Source: Flavobacteriaceae bacterium | GTDB lineage: Bacteria > Bacteroidota > Bacteroidia > UKL13-3 | Direction: 5' to 3' | Length of the DNA: 56,067 nucleotides | Assembly (NCBI GenBank): GCA_025363675.1 | Contig: JANYDJ010000156.1 | Location: forward strand, 1 to 56,067 | Part shown: in pieces, positions 50,261-56,067 of the stretch | Layout of the letters: each line of letters starts with the position of its first letter | Numbering within the stretch: position 1 is the first letter of the stretch | Program-made: the position numbers and the translations under genes | Notes under the pieces: model-generated | Databases searched by the model: none | What the model was told of the DNA's origin: nothing | Seen by the model: only the letters and a program-made list of their open reading frames with translations

Positions 50261-51280
50261 ATGCAGCTGGAAGAAAACAAATCATTAAAATCGCTAAACA
50301 CCTTTGGAATAGATGCTTTTGCTAAATATTTTGTAGAAATAAACACTATTGCCGACGCCCAAACCTTTTTTGCTGAAAAGAAATTCGACCCCGAAAAAAA
50401 ATTAATATTGGGCGGCGGTAGTAATCTACTGTTTACCAAAAACTATGACGGCCTGGTTGTTAAAAACAGTATAGAAGGAATAGAAATAACCAAAGAAGAC
50501 GATAACCATGTGTGGCTAAAAGCCAAAGCAGGAACAATATGGCACCAACTGGTATTATATGCAGTGGCAAACAATTGGGGCGGGATAGAAAATTTATCGC
50601 TAATACCCGGGCTTTGCGGTGCAGCCCCCATGCAGAACATTGGTGCGTATGGGGTTGAACTAAAAGATGTATTTATTAGTTTAGAAGCACTTAATCTCGA
50701 ATCGAATCAAATACAAATATTTAACCATGCCGATTGTGAATTTGGATACCGCGAAAGCGTTTTCAAAAACAAGTTCAAGAATCAATTTCTGATAGTATCT
50801 ATTACGCTCAAATTAAATAAGAAACCTGTTTATAATATATCTTATGGAGCTATACAAACCACGCTAGAACATAACGGAATAATGGAGCCGACGGTAAAAT
50901 CGATTAGCGATGCTGTTATACAAATTCGTAGCAGCAAACTGCCCAACCCTGCCGAACTGGGCAATGCTGGAAGTTTCTTTAAAAACCCAGAAATTCCAAA
51001 ACAACAATATGAACAGTTGCAATTGCAATACCCGCTGCTGCCCTCATATAAGGGTTCCATTCCCAACCATGTAAAAATACCTGCGGGTTGGCTTATTGAG
51101 CAATGTGGCTGGAAAGGAAAACAAATTGGCCATACAGGTTCGCACAAATACCAAGCACTGGTACTTGTAAACTATGGTAATGCCACTGGCGATGAAATAT
51201 ATAAATTGGCACAAGATATTATTGCAAGTGTGAAAGAAAAATTTGGGGTGGAGTTGACGCCTGAGGTAAATTTGGTTTGA
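50261..51280 (+). CDS. murB: UDP-N-acetylenolpyruvoylglucosamine reductase
   Basis: LGGGSNLL, IPGLCGAAPMQNIGAYG, FGYRESVFK, GNAGSFFKNP, PEVN. Confidence 0.97.
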   Translation: MQLEENKSLKSLNTFGIDAFAKYFVEINTIADAQTFFAEKKFDPEKKLILGGGSNLLFTKNYDGLVVKNSIEGIEITKEDDNHVWLKAKAGTIWHQLVLYAVANNWGGIENLSLIPGLCGAAPMQNIGAYGVELKDVFISLEALNLESNQIQIFNHADCEFGYRESVFKNKFKNQFLIVSITLKLNKKPVYNISYGAIQTTLEHNGIMEPTVKSISDAVIQIRSSKLPNPAELGNAGSFFKNPEIPKQQYEQLQLQYPLLPSYKGSIPNHVKIPAGWLIEQCGWKGKQIGHTGSHKYQALVLVNYGNATGDEIYKLAQDIIASVKEKFGVELTPEVNLV

Positions 51281-51375
51281 TTGGAACATTATGTTTTTGG
51301 GGATTACTGTCTCATAATATGTAGATAATTAGTTGTCCTCTCTCATTATTATTGCATTTTCTAATACTAACTTAA

Positions 51376-52413
51376 ATGGAATGGAGTGCCCACCCTATTA
51401 CACACAAAAGCAAGAAACGCATTGCTGTATATTTTGAAAAAGATGCAACCCTAATTGCCCGTATCAAAAAAATGGACGATGCCCGCTGGAGCCAGACTAT
51501 AAAAGCATGGCATGTGCCCGATAACGACGAAAACCGCAAACGATTTAAGATTGATCCTGTTATACAATTAACCGAAGAGCAGGTATCAAAAATAGCAGAA
51601 TTTACAAGGTGGTTAAAATCGAAACGGTATAGCGATAGCACCATTAAAACCTATACTGAAGCATTAAAGTCTTTTCTTAAATTTAATGATACCAAACCAA
51701 TTGAGGAAATAACAAATAATGATGTTATAAAGTATAACAATGAATTTATACTTAAGCATCATTTATCAGCATCATATCAAAATCAAGTTGTGAATTCTAT
51801 AAAATTATTTTTTAGAACAGTGGAGCAAAGGTCAATAAATATCGAACTCATCCACCGACCGCGGAAAGAACATTTGCTCCCAAATGTTTTGAGCAAAGAA
51901 GAGGTGAAAGATGTATTACATGCTTTAACCAACATAAAGCATCGAACTATGCTTTCGCTTATATATAGTTGTGGACTAAGGCGGAGCGAATTATTAAACT
52001 TAAGATCCGAACATATCGATTCAAAAAGAAATTTGATCATCATAAAACAGTCAAAGGGCAAAAAAGACCGTATTGTCCCCCTTTCAGAAAAAACACTCAA
52101 AATGCTTAGGGATTATTATACAATTTACAAACCCAGCACCTGGCTATTTGAGGGACAGATTGCAAATGAACAATATGACGAAAGAAGTCTGTCTAACGTA
52201 CTTAAGCAAGCTGTGGCAAAAACTAAAATTACCAAACCTGTTACTTTGCATTGGCTCAGACACAGTTATGCAACACACTTATTAGAAGCAGGCACCGACT
52301 TAAGATACATACAGGAAATTCTTGGGCATAAAAGCAGTAAGACAACTGAAATATACACACATGTGAGCACCAAAAGCCTCCAGAATATCAAAAGCCCATT
52401 TGATGATATGTGA
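51376..52413 (+). CDS. Tyrosine recombinase/integrase, integron-integrase-like
   Basis: SAM-like YSDSTIKTY; catalytic GLRRSE, KGKKDR, HWLRHSYATHLL, LGH, IYTHV; LPNVLSKEEV. Confidence 0.92.
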   Translation: MEWSAHPITHKSKKRIAVYFEKDATLIARIKKMDDARWSQTIKAWHVPDNDENRKRFKIDPVIQLTEEQVSKIAEFTRWLKSKRYSDSTIKTYTEALKSFLKFNDTKPIEEITNNDVIKYNNEFILKHHLSASYQNQVVNSIKLFFRTVEQRSINIELIHRPRKEHLLPNVLSKEEVKDVLHALTNIKHRTMLSLIYSCGLRRSELLNLRSEHIDSKRNLIIIKQSKGKKDRIVPLSEKTLKMLRDYYTIYKPSTWLFEGQIANEQYDERSLSNVLKQAVAKTKITKPVTLHWLRHSYATHLLEAGTDLRYIQEILGHKSSKTTEIYTHVSTKSLQNIKSPFDDM

Positions 52414-52430
52414 AAAATTTGCTATTATTG
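52399..52430 (+). promoter_or_regulatory. Candidate cassette promoter (Pc-like)
   Basis: TTTG (52399-52402), 20-nt spacer, TATTATTG (52423-52430; one mismatch to TAnnTTTG). Confidence 0.45.
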
Positions 52431-52446
52431 CAATAAATATGTTGCA

Positions 52447-52521
52447 TACTTTATGGCATAAAGCCCACCAAAACGGAGTACTTTATCTAGGTTTATGGCA
52501 TATATAACTAAGTTATGGCTC
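52447..52521 (+). other. attI-like recombination site; predicted crossover G|TT at 52512/52513
   Basis: ATAAC-TAA-GTTAT dyad; TTTATGGCATA direct repeats at 52450 and 52492; GTTATGGCTC is complementary to the cassette 3' end. Confidence 0.6.
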
Positions 52522-52561
52522 ATTTTAAAAGACAACGATAAACGAAATAATAACAGACATT

Positions 52562-53707
52562 ATGGATGAAATAATAAATGACGAACTCGAACAAAATATT
52601 GAAGTTCTAAAAGAAGAAAATGAGGACAGTTACGTAAATGACGACCTCTATAATATTAGTTCTTGGGGTGCTGACTTTTCATATCGTGAATTAATCAGTA
52701 TGTACGAGGATGGTGACTTAGTCAAACCTGAATTACAAAGAAAATATGTTTGGGGAAAATTAGAAGCTAGCCGATTTATTGACTCCGTATTATTAGGTCT
52801 TCCAATTCCAAGTATTTTCCTTGCAAAAACTGAAGACAATAAAATGTTGATTATTGATGGATATCAACGAATAATGACAATATATGATTACGTTAGAGGC
52901 CTTTGGTCTGGTGATGAAAAGATTTTTAAACTTTCAAATGTGAAAGAGAAAATTAACAGCAGATGGAGAAACTTAGCTTTCTCCGAGTTAAGCGACACAG
53001 AACAAAGAAAAATTAGAACTACGACAATTCACGCAATAATTTTCGAGCAAAGAGCACCGAAAGATGGCGATACTAGTTTATACCAAATATTTGAAAGAAT
53101 CAATACTAGTGGCCGTTCTTTAATGCCTCAAGAAATTAGAAATTGTGTTTATCAAGGTTTGTTAAACTCTCTTCTTTTCAAACTGAACACTAATAAAACT
53201 TGGAGAAAGCTATTTGGTAACGAACAAGAAGACTCTAGAATGAGAGATTTGGAATTTATATTAAGATTTCTAGCACTCAATCAAAATTCAATTCTTCAAA
53301 GTGAAAAATCAAATATCTCTTTAAAAAAGTACTTGAATGAATTTATGGGCAATAAAGCCAATAATTCAGATTCTAAAATATTAGAGTTTGAAGAAGATTT
53401 TACCAAAACACTGGAATTAGTTAATACTCAATTTTCGGATATTGCCTTTTACAATATTCAATCAACTGACTTGACAACTATTCGGAAAAGATTTTATCCA
53501 ACAATATTTGATTCAATAATGATAGCTACTTCAATAGCTAGAAAAAATGGAGTCGTTGTAAATCAACCAAATGAAGCAGCAAGACTAAATTTATTAAGAG
53601 ACACTGATTATAGAAAATATTGTTCCGAAGGGACGATGCAAACTGAACATATTAAAGGTCGTGTAAATCTTGCTTTAAAGCACTTATATAACTTTGAGAA
53701 TGAATAA
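52562..53707 (+). CDS. DUF262 (GmrS/ParB-like) domain protein
   Basis: PELQRKYVW, FIDSVLLGLPIP, IIDGYQR, IFERINTSG. Confidence 0.9.
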   Translation: MDEIINDELEQNIEVLKEENEDSYVNDDLYNISSWGADFSYRELISMYEDGDLVKPELQRKYVWGKLEASRFIDSVLLGLPIPSIFLAKTEDNKMLIIDGYQRIMTIYDYVRGLWSGDEKIFKLSNVKEKINSRWRNLAFSELSDTEQRKIRTTTIHAIIFEQRAPKDGDTSLYQIFERINTSGRSLMPQEIRNCVYQGLLNSLLFKLNTNKTWRKLFGNEQEDSRMRDLEFILRFLALNQNSILQSEKSNISLKKYLNEFMGNKANNSDSKILEFEEDFTKTLELVNTQFSDIAFYNIQSTDLTTIRKRFYPTIFDSIMIATSIARKNGVVVNQPNEAARLNLLRDTDYRKYCSEGTMQTEHIKGRVNLALKHLYNFENE

Positions 53708-54188
53708 TCAGACAGTACTTCAAAATTTAACTGATTGTTCAGATGAATTGCAAAAAATTCAAGAATCCATAAATTTTGTTGGACAATCACATTCTATTGT
53801 TCCGTTTTTGACAAATTACGCTATAATTAAGTGTTGCGGAACAATTGAGAATTCATTTAAAACCATAATTACTGATTTCCATAACACTTTGCCTCAACAA
53901 GCTAAAAATTATATTGAGGAAACATTTTACAAAAGCTCAATGAACCCAAGCAAAGACAATATTCATAAAAGTTTAGAAAAGTTTGACCCTGCTTGGAACT
54001 TAGCTTTTAAAACAAAATTGAGTTTGGAGACAGACAAATCAAGAATTGAATCTTCTCTAAAATCACTTAATGACGCAAGAAATGAATTTGCACACGGTGG
54101 ACGACCAACAGTTTCATTCCACAGTATATTTATATACTTTAATGACGCAAAAAGAATAATTGAAATTCTAGACGAAGTTGTACAATGA
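53700..54188 (+). CDS. HEPN domain protein (putative RNase)
   Basis: RNEFAH = Rx4H HEPN motif, upstream GTIE helix; ATG 53700 overlaps the DUF262 stop region. Confidence 0.75.
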   Translation: MNNQTVLQNLTDCSDELQKIQESINFVGQSHSIVPFLTNYAIIKCCGTIENSFKTIITDFHNTLPQQAKNYIEETFYKSSMNPSKDNIHKSLEKFDPAWNLAFKTKLSLETDKSRIESSLKSLNDARNEFAHGGRPTVSFHSIFIYFNDAKRIIEILDEVVQ

Positions 54189-54198
54189 CAAGAAAAAC

Positions 54199-54335
54199 GA
54201 GCCATAACAGCACCTACCCAAAAGTGGCGGTTCAGTGGTTAAATCAAGCTTTGTGCTTCTATCAAAGTTTGTGCTTGGTTGAAAGTGAAGTGCTTCGAAA
54301 TCGCCACCTTCGGGTAGCTGCCAAACGTTAGCGGT
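54199..54335 (+). other. attC-like imperfect palindrome
   Basis: GCCATAAC...CTACCC-AAAA-GTGGCG...ATCAAGC//GCTTGGT...CGCCAC-CTTC-GGGTAG...GTTAGCGG. Confidence 0.65.
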
Positions 54336-54402
54336 CATTGTAAAGGACGACCGTGCAACCATTAAACTGACAGGACAAATGACAAGACAAGCCAACGCTT
54401 CA

Positions 54403-54468
54403 GCAAAATCAAAAGAGGTGCAACTCCACCCTCAGGCCGACACACAGTTGCACCACATTTGCTTTTGC
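54403..54468 (+). other. Long hairpin in the leader of the helicase gene
   Basis: GCAAAA-T-CAAA-AGA-GGTGCAACT, 20-nt loop, AGTTGCACC-ACA-TTTG-C-TTTTGC. Confidence 0.65.
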
Positions 54469-54503
54469 CCCACCGCACCGCTAACCACAAACCTTTTCGT
54501 CTT

Positions 54504-56067
54504 ATGAAATTTAGTGCTGGTTATGCCAAGACAAATAACAACTTTGCTATTCTAAATCTCAAACGACAACGAGAGGTTGACAAACAGCATTTGCAAACTG
54601 TTTGTGTTTTGCAAAACATTCTTCAAAGGGGAACGCCAACACTACCATCGGACTTTATTCTTGAACAGTTGCACTTAGCCAACTTTAAGACGACCCAAAA
54701 TTTTCTTCCACTTCTATCAAATGAGCAACCCGACTGGAGTGTTTCCATCAAAGGTTCACCAGACGGATACAATCCTGCATTAGAGTTTTTTGAAAGTGCA
54801 GACAAATACTTTTCTGAATATCCTTTTATCAAATCGCAGATTTTGCCAGAGGCATTTATCACAGAAATACTTCCTGATGTTTCAGATGAGTTTACAGCAA
54901 GACAAGTAGATTTTTATTTGCCGCAAGCAAAACTTGTAATTGAGATTGACGGCTCACAACATCAACTTGAAGGAGCAACCGACCACAAAAGAAACATCCA
55001 CTTCAAGAAGAATGGAATTGAAACAATAAGAATCAAGACCACTGATTTTAAAAACCAAACTGCAATCTTCAAAAAACAAATTGAGGAAGTAAAAAACCGT
55101 TTGGACATTTCGGAGCAACTCAAAGAATATCAATACACCGACTATTCAAAAACTAAAACAGAAATTCAACTCACAGAGATTTGTCGCTTCCAAACTTTAA
55201 TCCTACAACTTTTAAAGTTTGGCTACTTATCAATATCCGACAGCGAATGGAAATTGAGAATTGTAAAAGAACATCAAGCAAATTTTCAAATTGCTTTTGA
55301 CGATTTATTTGTTTGGATTGAACATCTGCAAACCTTGAGAAATATTTCTTTCTCTAAACCTCAAGTAAATTTTGCAAGCACAGAAGGAATCAATATTGAC
55401 TTTGACATTTTCAAACGCTATGACGACAACTGCAAAAACGAAAACATAATTTTTGTAAGGACTGATTACTTTGATGAAAACAATTACTTTACTGTAAGCA
55501 CAACCGACCCTATTGAATACAATCTGAAAGAAAAAGAAGCAGAAAAAAACTTGCAGTTTTTTCTTGCAAACATCTTTCACAAAAAAGAATTTAGACAAGG
55601 ACAAATTCCCATTATATCAAACGCATTAAACCGAATTGACACAATTGGTTTACTTCCAACTGGTGCAGGTAAATCTTTATGCTATCAACTTGCGACACTC
55701 TTACAACCTGGCGTTTGCTTTGTTGTTTCTCCTTTAAAGTCTTTGATGTTTGACCAAAAACAAAATTTAGATGCACAACTAATTTCAAACACCGCTTTTA
55801 TTTCGGGTGAACTTTCAGCAACGGAAAAAGAAATCATTCAATCCAATTACTCAAAAGGAAGGTATCTCATAATTTGGCTTTCACCCGAACGACTTCAAAT
55901 AAAAACTTTCAGAAAGGAGTTGAGCAAGGTTAATGCTCACTTCAAAATAAACTATGCAGTCATTGATGAAGTGCATTGCTTATCAGAGTGGGGACACGAT
56001 TTCAGAACTTCCTATTTGAACTTAGCGAAGACAGTAAAAGAATTTTGCCCCAACACAAAATTTTTAG
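54504..56067 (+). CDS. RecQ-family helicase with N-terminal DUF559/Vsr-like endonuclease domain (3'-truncated; absent from the ORF track)
   Basis: Manual translation from ATG 54504: MKFSAGYAK...VDFYLPQAKLVIEIDGSQH...FRQGQ...LLPTGAGKSLCYQL...SPLKSLMFDQ...SPERLQ...IDEVHCLSEWGHDFR. Confidence 0.88.
   Translation, partial: MKFSAGYAKTNNNFAILNLKRQREVDKQHLQTVCVLQNILQRGTPTLPSDFILEQLHLANFKTTQNFLPLLSNEQPDWSVSIKGSPDGYNPALEFFESADKYFSEYPFIKSQILPEAFITEILPDVSDEFTARQVDFYLPQAKLVIEIDGSQHQLEGATDHKRNIHFKKNGIETIRIKTTDFKNQTAIFKKQIEEVKNRLDISEQLKEYQYTDYSKTKTEIQLTEICRFQTLILQLLKFGYLSISDSEWKLRIVKEHQANFQIAFDDLFVWIEHLQTLRNISFSKPQVNFASTEGINIDFDIFKRYDDNCKNENIIFVRTDYFDENNYFTVSTTDPIEYNLKEKEAEKNLQFFLANIFHKKEFRQGQIPIISNALNRIDTIGLLPTGAGKSLCYQLATLLQPGVCFVVSPLKSLMFDQKQNLDAQLISNTAFISGELSATEKEIIQSNYSKGRYLIIWLSPERLQIKTFRKELSKVNAHFKINYAVIDEVHCLSEWGHDFRTSYLNLAKTVKEFCPNTKFL

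Larger units (their letters stand above)
52513..54327 (+). mobile_element. Putative integron-like gene cassette carrying DUF262+HEPN
   Basis: Bounded by two GTT sites; short leader; attC-like arm begins about 10 nt after the last stop codon. Confidence 0.62.

Noticed and set aside
51281-51375. dif site or prophage/ICE attachment site next to the integrase
   Set aside because: CATAATATGT only loosely resembles dif and has no XerD arm; no tRNA, phage or conjugation genes are visible
54168-54395. 75-aa minus-strand ORF
   Set aside because: It is an antisense read-through of the attC-like palindrome with no protein motif
54623-55604. Minus-strand ORFs 54623-54862 and 55305-55604
   Set aside because: They are antisense to the nuclease-RecQ gene
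1-56067. rRNA or tRNA genes
   Set aside because: None were recognised by eye in the intergenic regions; tRNAscan-SE or Infernal would confirm

Overview
This is AT-rich chromosomal DNA from a Bacteroidota bacterium, judged from TAnnTTTG promoters, type IX secretion (T9SS) C-terminal sorting domains and a dcw cluster without murF/ddl. Most of the window is housekeeping: PBP1A, gatB, an M23 peptidase, mltG, accD, a biotin carrier protein, the 13-gene mraZ-ftsZ cluster, a DAACS transporter, an ECF sigma/anti-sigma unit and murB. Three accessory zones stand out. (1) A REP-associated tyrosine transposase (RAYT) locus at 3.1-4.5 kb has REP doublets, a triplicated promoter+REPIN unit and a ~300-bp tandem duplication. 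(2) There are two large T9SS proteins, a Fic gene and several intergenic heptamer repeat arrays. (3) The best candidate for an undescribed system starts at 51376 and looks like a non-canonical integron. A tyrosine recombinase lacking the IntI-specific insertion is followed, in the same orientation, by an attI-like GTT site. Next come a DUF262+HEPN cassette whose two ends are complementary (GTTATGGCTC / GAGCCATAAC), a ~135-bp attC-like hairpin, and a nuclease-RecQ helicase fusion that runs off the window end. All calls come from reading motifs by eye; no database searches were run, so novelty is unverified.
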